Shown here: positions 44,308 to 56,649 of the stretch, in pieces
How positions within the stretch are numbered: position 1 is the stretch's first letter
Layout: every line of letters starts with the position of its first letter
Assembly: GCA_964016885.1 (NCBI GenBank)
Contig: OZ024740.1
Span: 176,452,001-176,516,000 of the forward strand
DNA: 64,000 nucleotides
Source of the DNA: Eledone cirrhosa
Taxonomy: Eukaryota
Reading direction: 5' to 3'
Position numbers and translations under genes: made by a program
Notes under the pieces: generated by a model
Told to the model about the DNA's origin: nothing
Seen by the model: the letters and a program-made list of their open reading frames with translations, nothing else
Databases searched by the model: none

Positions 44308-45270
44308 TTGTTGCAGGCGCTCACAGCCCTCGACCAATCGGGCAATGTGATCGGTGGAAACTCCACTTCGGCGTTCTATAGAGGATTAGTGGAGGGGAAC
44401 AGCTACGACGTACTTGGAGAAACTCTAGGCGTCGACGAAAATCAGCTAGCCAATCTCTTTGGAAGACCTTTGGGGCCGGGGCCTATGGACAATTTCCAGA
44501 AATCCCTGGCCAGGCAGTGCTACCGAGGAGCCTTGCCAGTTCGGGATAAACTCTACAGGCATGGAGGTGCCGTCACCGGGCATGTCCGAGATGCGCGCAG
44601 GGCGACGAAACCGTCCTGCACGCACTCGTCCAGTGTCCGAGAATTGCTGACTTGTGTGTTTATGTCGAACACCTGCTGTCGCGTGTAGGACGGATCCGGC
44701 TGAGTCCATCGTGAGGATTGCCCCGCCCTCCTCCTTTAGCCGGGAAGGGCAGGCAGTTTTTATCTGTCTGGTGGCCATGGCGAAAGAGATAGAATGGTGG
44801 ACACGTTTGAAAGGGCTGAAGCCGAGCACTTACCTCTTCGGTGATGCTCTGATTGACTTTTTCAAATTTCATTTGAAAAGGAAAATCAGAGTAGAGAGGG
44901 AAGTGCTCTCTTCCCAGCATTTTGTTGAAAGATGGGTGAGAGAAGCAAGAATGGCCCGAGTGAATGGGCCTACTCTGAGTATATATCTGTAAATTAAAGG
45001 TGCAAAACTGGGAGAGGGCACTTGCCTTGGTGGTCAGGGTCACTGTGGCCTTTTACTGGGCTTTCTCCACAAATGTCCCTCCGAAGTCTCCTCCTATTGG
45101 GGAATTTTTCATTGTTATTTTTTGTTACATCCTCTGTTTTTGTTTTTTACACGCGGAAATGCCCATTTGTACTGTCCTGTATTGTCCTGCACTGTCCTTA
45201 ATGTCTACTTTATGTAAACCCTTGTGGTTAATAAAGAAATCATTATTATTATTATTATTATTATTATTTA
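44308..45270 (+). mobile_element. 3' fragment of a related Tx1 subfamily with (ATT)n tail
   Basis: QCYRGALPVRDKL; AMAKEIEWWTRLKG..FFKFHLKRK; aataaagaaatc(att)n. Confidence 0.85.
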
Positions 45271-46864
45271 GGACGTCGTAATTTAAATATCACCGAGGCT
45301 GATTGTACCGTATAATCATTTCTATATCTATAATTTTTATTACTTCCATTTCGACTGAGATACGTACGCATGAGCACTGGCAAATATTGCAGCTGGTTGT
45401 TCAGAATTGGTTTGCAGTGAAACAGAAATATGTAGAGAGTGAGTTGGGGGAGAGAATGGGGAAAGAGTTAGAGATATGAAGCCAGAAACGAAGAATTGTA
45501 CTGACTAGACAATAACGTGTGGTGATGCTCAGTTATAATGAGAAAGAAGAAAGGAAGAAGGCAAAGAAGTAGATGAGTAAGGAGACATGCACAAGAAGTA
45601 AAATATATATAGGCACAGGGAAAATAATCATACAATTCACAAAGAATGTCGAAGAGATGATAATAGTCATACATCATACAGTGTCGATTCTGGGTAGAAA
45701 GGCAGGTGAGTTCTTTTGAGAAACAAGAAGAATCTCACTACGGAATGTTGTTCATATGAATTCGCGCTGGCATTTGCCTGCAACTACAAATAAATTCTAA
45801 AAGCTAGCAAGATAATGTGTGAATATATATATATTAACACACGCACGTACGCACACACACACACGCGCGCGCGCATACACACACACGCACATACATTGTT
45901 CCCTGTATTGTAATGTACTCTAATGACTCCTTGTTGTATCTAATGACTCTTTGTTCAATCAACGAGAGTACATATAGTATGTTTGTTTTTACAGCACTGT
46001 AAAAGTTTTGGGGTTTGCACAACGAAAGTGGGAATCGAATAATTTTAACATTTGCCTCAAAATCTTAGCGATTAAAGTACAATATTTTAAACTTCGGGGC
46101 TTATTTCGTTGTAAAAACAATAAAGAAAGATATAAACAATAAAAAACATACTTAAACTGAAACTCAAGTCAGTTCTACAGATCTAAAAACAACAATAAAA
46201 TTGTAATATGTAACAGTGATAAGAGTAATATGTTTGTTGTTATAGCAGGTGGATTGGCGGTGTCGGTAGAGTGTCGGATAATATGTATTGCAGCATATAG
46301 TTACGGCCCATTCATTCTGAGTTAAAATCCTACCGAGGATAGCATTGCCTTTCATCCTTACTGGATCGATAAAAAAAAGGACTAGAGTCGATGTAACTGA
46401 CTTTCCCTTACCACAAATTATTGGCTTGTGCCTAAACAAGAAACCGACATTATAACAAAGAAGAATATATTATAAAAATACATAATATATTATGTGACAA
46501 TAGAAAATTCTAAAATACAACATTGCACAAATGATCTCAACATATGAAATACAGCTCTAACACAATTATTTATTTCTTTTCAAGAAACAGAAAGAAACAT
46601 TAAACCCAATATAGAGTAAAACCTCACAAACACAATAACACTCCCAGATCAATATTCTACAAAATCTACACATGATCTCACAGGATCGCTAAACAACAAG
46701 ATAGACACATAGATGAATATATACAAGCGAGATTGTACACATTCATTATTCTACTGCGTAGAATTTCTACAAAAACTGAATTTGGCAACATCTCTGACTT
46801 GACCTTAATAAAAGTATATTAATATTTAGTATAGTATTGAAGTATTGAATATACTCTGTGTGTC

Positions 46865-46917
<53 letters not shown>

Positions 46918-46921
<4 letters not shown>

Positions 46922-47348
46922 TGTTATACTTTGGGAGGGTCATGTTGCCAATAAGAAACACACGCACCACTTGCTTTCACTTCAATTTATTATAATAAAT
47001 TTATAAATTTAGGAATTTATAAATTTCCGGTTGGTTGGTTGGTTCCACAACCAGATGGTTGTTTATATATTGTCAAAGTTCTTTCGTCACACATTCTGTG
47101 ACTTCTTCAGTGACTGGGGATTCTTTTCTTTGTTTGTTTTTGTGCCTCTCCTTTGTTCTGTCCTACGCCATCTTGTATTTAACACACACACAAAAACAAG
47201 ATGGCGTAGGACAGAACAAAGGAGAGGCACAAAAACAAAGAAAAGAATCCCCAGTCACTGAAGAGGTCACAGAATATGTGACGAAAGAACTTTGACAATA
47301 TATAAACAACCATCTGGTTGTGGAACCAACCAACCAACCGGAAATTTA
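46918..47348. mobile_element. Non-coding fold-back derivative of the 3.5-4.9 kb PLE 3' end, with two HHRs (47072-47114 -, 47254-47296 +)
   Basis: 46918-47175 closely matches 3538-3790; gtca-CTGAAGA-g-gtcaca gaata tgtgac-GAAA-gaac-TT-tgac. Confidence 0.88.
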
Positions 47349-47371
47349 TGGAGTTATTAATATTATTCAGA

Positions 47372-47700
47372 ATATTAATAAATGAAGAATTTTCACATAA
47401 TCAAAATATATGTTTTATTATATATATTTCGAAGGTACTGTGCTGTTGTTTCAGTACGTCCTCGTCAGATAAAATACATGAATTGATGGATGACATACCT
47501 CAACGGTCTTGATGGTTCAATTCCAGTATTGGCAGTCCTGGAATTGAACCATCAAGACCGTTGAGGTATGTCATCCATCAATTTATGTATTTTATCTGAC
47601 GAGGACGTACTGAAAAAACAGCACAGTACCTTCGAAATATACGTAATAAAACATATATTATTTTGATTATGTGAAAGTTCTTCATTTATTAATATTTTTA
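47372..47700. mobile_element. Fold-back element with HHRs (47590-47651 +, 47413-47474 -); relative at 49822-49884 (-), possible half-copy at 9588-9637
   Basis: ttttat-CTGACGA-ggac gtactg...cagtac cttc-GAAA-tata(cg/ta)-TA-ataaaa. Confidence 0.85.
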
Positions 47701-47776
47701 ATAATATATATATATATATATATAAAAAAATATATATATATATATATATACATACCTACATATATATATTATACAT

Positions 47777-47842
<66 letters not shown>

Positions 47843-47960
47843 ATGTATATATAAGAAGGAAAAGTGACTAAAATTATGCCACCAAATTTCAAGATCAATG
47901 TGGTTAAAAAGTCAACACATGTAAGACTTCATCATTCTTGTCTTTATATACATACATACA

Positions 47961-48012
<52 letters not shown>

Positions 48013-48015
<3 letters not shown>

Positions 48016-48750
48016 TAACCGAATTACCCGCGCCTTGCTTTTTTTTGTAAGAAAATGATGATTGATTTTAAATCAGTGATATAATTTATGGAGAAAAACT
48101 CTGCATTTCAATATTACTCAATGTAAAATGTAATGCCTGAAAAATTGAAAATCATTATTTTTTGTAATATGGATTACAATTTTGTAATGGTGGATTGGCA
48201 GTATCGGTAGAGGGTCGGACGCCATGCTTTCCACCATAGTTACGTCCCTTTACGTTCTTAGTTCAAATCCCGCCGAGGTTGACTTTGCCTTTCATCCTTA
48301 CGGGGTCGATAAAATAAAGTACCAGTAATGCACTGGGTAATTGCTGGCCTTGTGCCTAAAGTAGAAACAATTATTTTGGTAATATATCAAATCAAATTTA
48401 CATTGTTAAATCTTATTCTTATTTTTTTTCTTGTAAATAATTTTTTTTCAAAATATCAATTCAAAACTTTTGGGAATAGGCATCATATCTTGTCATTTAC
48501 CTATGGCTTAAATCTCATATAAATCGAAGGGAAAACATTTTCAGCGGGGTTTTGTGCCCCTAGGGAACTCTAATAGGGAGTCTAACCCGCATTAGGTGTC
48601 TTAATATTATTGAAATTTGCTGAAATTTTGTGAATAGACATCATGTCTTGTCATTTACATATGGTTTAAATTTCATATAAACCAAAGGGAACAAACTTTT
48701 GGCGGGGGTTTTCGGCGGGGAATAACATAACAAATATGTTTTAAATATAT
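48013..48750 (-). mobile_element. Probable degenerate Helitron-like element interrupted by a SINE (48188-48372)
   Basis: (TA)n-actaaccgaattacccgcgcc terminus resembles the 8632 end; internal duplication ~48465-48555/48625-48712. Confidence 0.4.
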
Positions 48751-49275
48751 ACATAAATAACATTACAAATACTTTAAATAACATTATTAATTGCTCGCGA
48801 TTCTTTCTGAAGGATATATTCCTTTAATGTTTCAATATCAAAGAAAATATAAAGGAAGGGGTGGACAACCGAGCCACGACCAGAGCAAAAGAAAACAGCG
48901 TCGACAGGAGTAATGGGAAACCTCTCTAATGAATTTTGAGGCAAGCCAGCACGCTCGCAGCTAAAGGCCTCATTTTCCTTAAAAATGTGAGGGGGACAAA
49001 CCAACATTTGTTGATTCTTAAAGGAGCATAAATTGCTTCTGTTGCCTTTCCCGGATCCTACCACATAAGTAAACTTCGACGCTAATTAAATTTTATATAT
49101 TCAAATGAAGTTCAGATATAAAAAAAAATAAGCTTAAAAAAAAATTAATATATCAAATAAACAAAAAATAAAACATAGACGTTTGAAAAAATGGGCCGGA
49201 CTTGTCCCAGATTATACAGAGCGATTGCCGGCAACCACTCTGTATAATCAGTTCCTGATTATTACTGAAATTCTA

Positions 49276-49463
49276 GGGCGGTGGATTGGCAGTATCGGTA
49301 GAGGGTCGGACGCCATGTTTTCCAGCATAGTTACGTCCCTTTACGATATGAGTTCAAATCCCGCCGAGGTTGACTTTGCCTTTCATCCTTACGGGGTCGA
49401 TAAAATAAAGTACCAGTAATGCACTGGGGTAATTGCTGGCCTTGTGCCTAAAGTAGAAACAAT
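49276..49463 (+). mobile_element. SINE with TSD attattactgaaattcta
   Basis: Consensus match and flanking direct repeat. Confidence 0.9.
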
Positions 49464-49726
49464 TATTACTGAAATTCTATAAAAATCCAACATTCATAAT
49501 TTTCAGCAAACAGGAGGAGTGCTGAGATTTGATAAGTACCAACAAGTACGAAACAACGCTCTGTCAGCTTATCTCCCCTTGTTTGCTGAAAATAGAAGTA
49601 AGTGACATAGTCACTACTTTAAAACAATAGCGTAAGGTCTTCAAAGTGCTTTTAATTAAGCATAGAGTGTATTGCAAAATACACTCTATATACATTCGTA
49701 TATATATCGCTATTTCAGAGCACCAA

Positions 49727-49774
<48 letters not shown>

Positions 49775-50037
49775 TTAATTCAAAATATTAACAAAAATAG
49801 ACATTCGTGTGATCAAGTATATTTTATTATACATATTTCAGAGGTACTGAGCTATCTTCAACAGTACGTCCTCATCAGATAAAATAAGATGATGCATGAC
49901 ATACCTTGACTAAGTTGATGGTTAAAATTCAGTCATGGCAGTTATATATATATATACGTGTGTATAATGGTAGCTATGGTGCTTCCATAGGCGGTATGCC
50001 AAAATTAGCACTCAATATTCATACAGAGCAGAGTGTG

Positions 50038-50212
50038 GATAGTATTAAAAAACGAAAAATCAGTGATGCCTCTGGACTCAGTTTATTGCGTGTTACAATT
50101 GTCTCGCCAGACCCATACAGTGATCATGTCTCGAGCTACCTGCCGGCGAAACAATTGTAACACGCAATAAACTGTGTCCAGATGCATCACTGGTTTTTCG
50201 TTTTTTTATACT
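50038..50212. repeat. Fold-back element centred on an HHR-like 3' half
   Basis: Arms ...gcgtgttacaattgtctcgcc / ggcGAAAcaattgTAacacgc. Confidence 0.7.
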
Positions 50213-50443
50213 ATATATATATGTGTATTTTTCTCGCGAGTTAGTTCTTTCGCTGCTACGGTCCCCGGGGCTGAATTACCGGTCGCTATCTTCAATTTGC
50301 AAAGCCTTTTAAACGGAATGTTATTACTCTAAGGTGCTTGGCTGCACTTCTGATTGCATTCGTTGGCTTAGCTGCGGCTCGAGCTTCGACTATGCTGTAC
50401 TTGCATTTGTATATATATATATATATATATATTCAGTGTACGT

Positions 50444-50530
<87 letters not shown>

Positions 50531-50979
50531 CCTCTGTGACAATAAATTTCATAAGAACTCAACGTAGGTCATTTCAACTAGTGCCAACGAAATATTATTC
50601 ACTACGAATAATTATAAATTCCGAGCTACGACATAAATCCAATGTGAAGAAATAAAACGAAAATAATAAATCTCTAATATATAATATAAAAGAAAGTTGT
50701 ATGTATGTATGTATGTATGTATGTATGTATGTATGTATGTATGTATGTATGTATGTATGTATGTATGTATGTATGTATGTATGTATGTATGTATGTATGT
50801 GTGTATGCATGTATGTATGTATGTATGTGTGTATGTGTGTGTATGTATGTGTGTATGTGTGTGTATGTATGTATGTGTGGGTATGTATGTATGTATGTGT
50901 GTATGTATGTATGTATGTATTGATGGAGTGAGGCAGGGTTGGATAGATGGTTGTATGTGAATGCTTATCTGTCTCTATC

Positions 50980-50996
50980 TATCTCTATCTCTCTCA

Positions 50997-51034
<38 letters not shown>

Positions 51035-51063
51035 GTGAGTGTGTGTGTATGTATGTATATCTT

Positions 51064-51133
<70 letters not shown>

Positions 51134-51159
51134 AGTGTGTGTGTATGTATGTATATCTT

Positions 51160-51257
<98 letters not shown>

Positions 51258-51463
51258 AGTGTGTGTGTATGTATGTATATCTTTCTGTCTTTCTCTCTCT
51301 CTCTCTCTCTCACTCCCTCTCTCTCTCTATATATATTTATATATATATATATGTGAGTGTGTGTGTATGTATGTATATCTTTCTGTCTTCTCTCGCTCTC
51401 TCCACCACCCCTCTCTCTCTATATATATATATGTGTGAGTGTGTGTGTATGTATGTATATCTT

Positions 51464-51547
<84 letters not shown>

Positions 51548-51560
51548 TCTCTCTCTCTCT
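50980..51560. repeat. Tandem array of compound-microsatellite units (CT)n(AT)n-gtgagtgtgtgtgtatgtatgtatatctttctgtc
   Basis: About 5 units with a conserved core and variable microsatellite lengths. Confidence 0.8.
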
Positions 51561-52072
51561 ATCTCTATCTATCTATATATCTCCTAACCTAACGGCCAAT
51601 TCATATTTTCCTAACCTCTTATATTTCACCTCTCCGCCCACACTCTAGACGTTGATCTAAGATTTAAACAACAACGTTTATGAATATTTTATTCACCAAC
51701 ACTTTAGTTTCCATTTTGCAGACGATAAACTGTCTTCTCTTCGTGTTAGAAGAAATTCGTGATAGATGTGTAAGAGGTAGCAGGGGAAGTAATTGAAAGG
51801 GAGTATGAAGAGGAAGAATAAGATGTAAAGGATGTAGTAGCAATAAATAAAGAGGAGAAGGTAAAAGGTAAAGAAGCTGGAAATATACGATGATGTTGTT
51901 GACAATGTTAATTAACAAAATAAATAAATAAATAAATAAATAACAAACAAACAAATAAAAATAAATTAAAAAAATCCACAACACCATTAATAATGATTTT
52001 TACCAATAAAAATGAGACCATCGAATACAAGAGGACAGCATATATGAAGTAAGCACACATACACACGCACAA

Positions 52073-52144
<72 letters not shown>

Positions 52145-52215
52145 GTATATATATGAGGATAGATAAGGTTTTGTTTATTTATATCAAGAATGAATGCTTA
52201 AACAAGATAACTGCT

Positions 52216-52351
<136 letters not shown>

Positions 52352-53206
52352 GTTGGATAGATAGATATAGGTATATGTATGTATATAAGCAACTTATATT
52401 TTATTTGAATATTCAGTTTTAGAGAATATATTTGCATGAAAAACAGTAAATTTATTCTTTTATATCGTCTCTACCCGTTGGATTTTAATTTTCTGAAAAT
52501 ATATTTGGATTTGTAATAGCAAAACAAAGCTAATTTTGATTTACTATTGCGAATGTTGTCATTATTGAAGAAACAAAGTTGTTTCACAAAGCAAGCAATT
52601 TGAAAGAAATGGATTCGTCGAGCAAATCGACCTTATTGGTACTTTATTTTATCGACCCCGTAAGGAGGAAAGTCAAAGCCACCCTCGATTTGAATGCAGA
52701 ACCTAAAATAGTGATTTCTACTATAGGCACAACGTCAGCAATTTGGGGACAGGGGAAAGTCGATTGAATCGCCCCCGGTGCATTACTGATGTTTTATTTT
52801 ATCGACCCCGTCAGGATGAAAGGCAAAGCTATCCTTGGTGTGACTTGAACGCAGAACGTAAAATAATAATTCTCTGACAAAGAAATCAGATAAATATTGA
52901 TTCGTTTCTAACCATTTGCAAAATAATTTCACACCATTTGATATAAATGTTTAAATTTGTAGATTGAGAATCTACTACCATCATCTGAAAGCAAACTAAA
53001 TTAACAAACCTCACTCCTCATATATGTAAATTCTTCCCACCTCCATAGCCATTGATCGAAGTATTTTGCTCACTGTTTGAATAAGCCTCACGGGGCGAAA
53101 TTTCAAGTCACAGCTACTACAAAATATAACGAATTTAACTTTACTAACTCTAAAAATATTATAGAGTTCTTTCAACAGTAAATGCCGATTATTATATCAC
53201 TTAACA

Positions 53207-53393
53207 CGGTGGATGGGCAGTATCGGTAGAGAGTCGGACACCATGCTTTGAAGCATAGAGTTACGTCCCTTTATGATCTGAGTTCAAATCCCGCCGAGGT
53301 TAACTTTGCTTTTCATCCTTACGGGGTCGATAAAATAAAGTACCAGTAATGTACTGGGTGATTGCTGGCCTTGTGCCTAAAAATAGAAACAAT
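53207..53393 (+). mobile_element. SINE with TSD attatatcacttaaca
   Basis: Consensus match and exact direct repeat. Confidence 0.9.
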
Positions 53394-53519
53394 TATATCA
53401 CTTAACAGCCCTAACTACATGCCATCATAGTCAAGTGTCTTTTACCATAGCCTTAGGTCGACCCAACCTTTCTAAATGCAATTCTAGATCTTAATCTGTC
53501 TCGCACCCGGAGCCTCATC

Positions 53520-53745
53520 AGGCCAATACTCATCCAGATTTCCGTGGCGTTAAGCAGCTGAGAGTACAAGACTTCCCCTGGACAGGACAGCAATCCATCG
53601 CATGGTTATAACCCCAGCTACTGCTGATAATGATTTTCAGCTGAATATACAGGAACAACATGAAATGAAGTGTTTTGCAGAAGAAAGCAACACACAATCC
53701 TGTCCAGGAATCAAACCCATGACATTTACCACAATGTCTCACGAC
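53520..53745 (-). mobile_element. Old SINE remnant of a second family
   Basis: Minus strand gggtttgattcc (B-box-like) ... gcgatggattgctgtcctgtccagggg. Confidence 0.45.
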
Positions 53746-54065
53746 TTCACTGTATATGAAATTGGGTAGAAGGAAACTGTTTGGAAGCCCATTTCATAGA
53801 TTGTACCTGTAATTCAAAAGCCAAAATTTCTCGAATTTTGTCTTGCTTATTTGGCTTAGGTATTACGTTATGGGTACACATGTCTATGATATATTCATAT
53901 ATATAGCACGCTAATTCGTTGAACTGCTCGTCCAGTTGATCGAACACTTGTAGACATACGTATATACACACGCACAAACATACCACACACACACCCATAC
54001 ACACATTGGTTTTCTAAATGATTATCTATAAATATACCGTATTCCTTTAGAAATACGAAATTTCC

Positions 54066-54111
<46 letters not shown>

Positions 54112-54128
54112 ATGTGTGTGTATGTATA

Positions 54129-54304
54129 CAGCGAAATTCCATTTTAACACAATTCACGGGGTTTAAAAAAAATTCGTTGTAACGAAAAATTCTATATATC
54201 GAGATCGACCGAAACACATCGAGCTTGTGGCCGGGGATTGAAAAAAATTTCGTTATACTGAAAAATTCGTTATAATGGTATTCGTTATAACGGAATTTTA
54301 CCTG
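54129..54304. mobile_element. Tc1/mariner (pogo/Tigger-like) MITE
   Basis: TA|cagcgaaattccattttaac ... gttataacggaattttacctg|TA, with internal ttcgtt repeats. Confidence 0.7.
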
Positions 54305-54604
54305 TATAATTAAAAATCTGAACAAACATCACCTTGACAGACAGTGGAATTAACGAGCCAAACGTGAAAAAGAAGAAATCCCCATGTCATCAGCTGTTTG
54401 CTGGATATCACCAACATTTCGGTCAATTAAGGACAGGATCGTTCACTCCAGGGCATCAAGAAGTGCTGAGACGGCAACATACGCATTAAATACGATACAA
54501 TGAGTCCGTTCAATTTACTTGACATGAAACCAATGCAAAAAAAAAAAAACAACCAAAAAACTATACGCTCACACTCAGGATCTCCAAAAAGAAAACAACA
54601 AAAT

Positions 54605-54966
54605 AAATGTTTATACATTTGGCACAAGGCCAGCAATTACCCAGTACATTACTAGTACTTTATTTTATCGACCTCGTAAGGGTCAAAGACAAAGGTAACC
54701 TCGGCGGGATTTCAACTCAGAATGTAAAGGGCCATAAGTCTGTGCTACAAAGCATGGTGTCTGACGCAATACTGCCAATCCAACAAAATAATAATAATAA
54801 TTGTTTCTACATTTGGCACAAGGCCAGCAATTACCCAGTACATTACTGGTTCCTTATTTTAACGACCTCGTAAGGATAAAAGGCAAAGTTAACCTCAGTC
54901 CGTAAAGGGATGCAACTGTGTTGCAAAGCATGGCGTCCGACCCTCTACCGATACTGCCAATCCGCC
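54605..54966 (-). mobile_element. Two tandem SINE copies on the minus strand (older minus-strand fragments at 52575-52860)
   Basis: Reverse complement of the SINE consensus. Confidence 0.8.
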
Positions 54967-56649
54967 AATGATTTCATTTAATAACCACAAGGAAGAGTAT
55001 AAGTAAAAAGGAAAGAGGAAGTGAGATTAACTAGAGAGAAAGCAGTAAAAACTGAAATGATCAAAAGAGAAAACTGTGTGACGTCAAGATCATACAATAT
55101 TCAACGTCTGAGCACACGTAACCTGAACAGCTAGTTGAAAAACAGCCGATCATACAAACGCACACGTCCCTATATCATCTGCTGTTCACTGAAGACCTCC
55201 ACGGTATCGTTCACTAAATCACTACCAGGCATTTCAGGTTATTTCGGTATCGGTGTATTTATGTATGTGTATATGCATATATGTGTCTCAGTGTGCATAT
55301 GTGAGTGAGAGAGATGTAATACGGTGCTTGGTTATTCTTGTAGCAGGGCCGTAATGGTTACCATAATATATTATGATGATGGTCGCAGCAGCGGCAATCA
55401 ACAGTGAAAGTAGTAAACTGAAGGTGTTTATTTATACACACAAACAAACACGAAGGAGGGTTGTATGGTTTTGCTTTGCGGAGAGTAGTTGAAGTTTGTG
55501 GCAAAGGTGAAATCGTATGGCAAAGGTGGCAAAGGTTAATATTTGACTTTGTACGAGTGTGTAAATTCTGTGAATAATGACTGCTAATTTTATTATGACG
55601 TGTTACTGGGTATGTGGTATGGGGACATTATGGCGCGGTGAAGTTACATAGTAGAGCTGTTGGATGTCAGTTGATAAAGATAAGGTTGTGTAAACTACGT
55701 ATATAGAAGTTAAGATTTACGAATATGTTTTGCAACTTGCAACGAAATGGTAAGAGTTGGAGTAGTTGGAAGGGGGGAATGTTTTCGTTCAAGAAAAAAT
55801 ACAGAGAGCGACATGTAATAAACATATCGCTCCACCCCTTCCTCCCAGACCTCCGAAAAACTCTATAAATAAATAAACAAACAAATACAAAAGAAATATG
55901 AACTCATTAATCATAATTTAACATCATCTAATTTAAATGCTCGAACCACCCGGAGCTCTTTTGTACAGTTGGCAGAAGAGTGGGTGGGTAAAGGAAGATT
56001 TACGGAGATAGGAGGAAGACATGGTAGAGAGGGTGGAGAGTGAAGTGTGGTGGTACTTGTGGGTGGTTGTGGTGGCAGTGGTGGAGTTAGTGGTGGTGGT
56101 GGTAGTGGTGGAGTTGGTGTTGTTGGTGATACTTTTAGGGAGGTTGCGGTGGAGGTGGTGGTGGTGGTGGTAGAGGTGGTGGTAGTGGTGGAAGTGGTGG
56201 TGGATCTTTTGGGGTGGTTGCGGTTGTGGAGGTGATGGTAGTGGTGGAGATGGTAGTGGGGTGGTAATAGTGGTGGTGGTGGTTGTTTTGGGGTGGTGCG
56301 GTGGTGGTGGTAGTGGTGGAGGTAGTGGTGGAGGTAGTGGTGGTGGTGGAGGTGGTTTTGAGGTGCTTGCGGTGGTGTTGGTGTTGGTGATGATGGTGGT
56401 GGTGTTTTTCGGTGGTGGTGATCGTGGTAGTGGTTGCGGTGTTATTGTTGTTATTGGTGGTGTTCTTGTTGTTGATGGTGGTGGTGTTTGTGGTAGTAAA
56501 GAAGAGGGTGGGGTCGTTGTTGATGATTTTGTTACTTTTGGTAGTAGTATTGGTGTTGGTGGTGATGATGGAGTTGTGGTGGTGGTGGTGTTTGAGGCAG
56601 TAAAGAAATTGGTGGGGTTAGTGGTGTTGTTGTTGGTGGTGGTGGTAGA

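Noticed and set aside
48774-49064. 96-aa minus-strand ORF in a GC-richer segment
   Set aside because: No recognisable domain or clear splice signals
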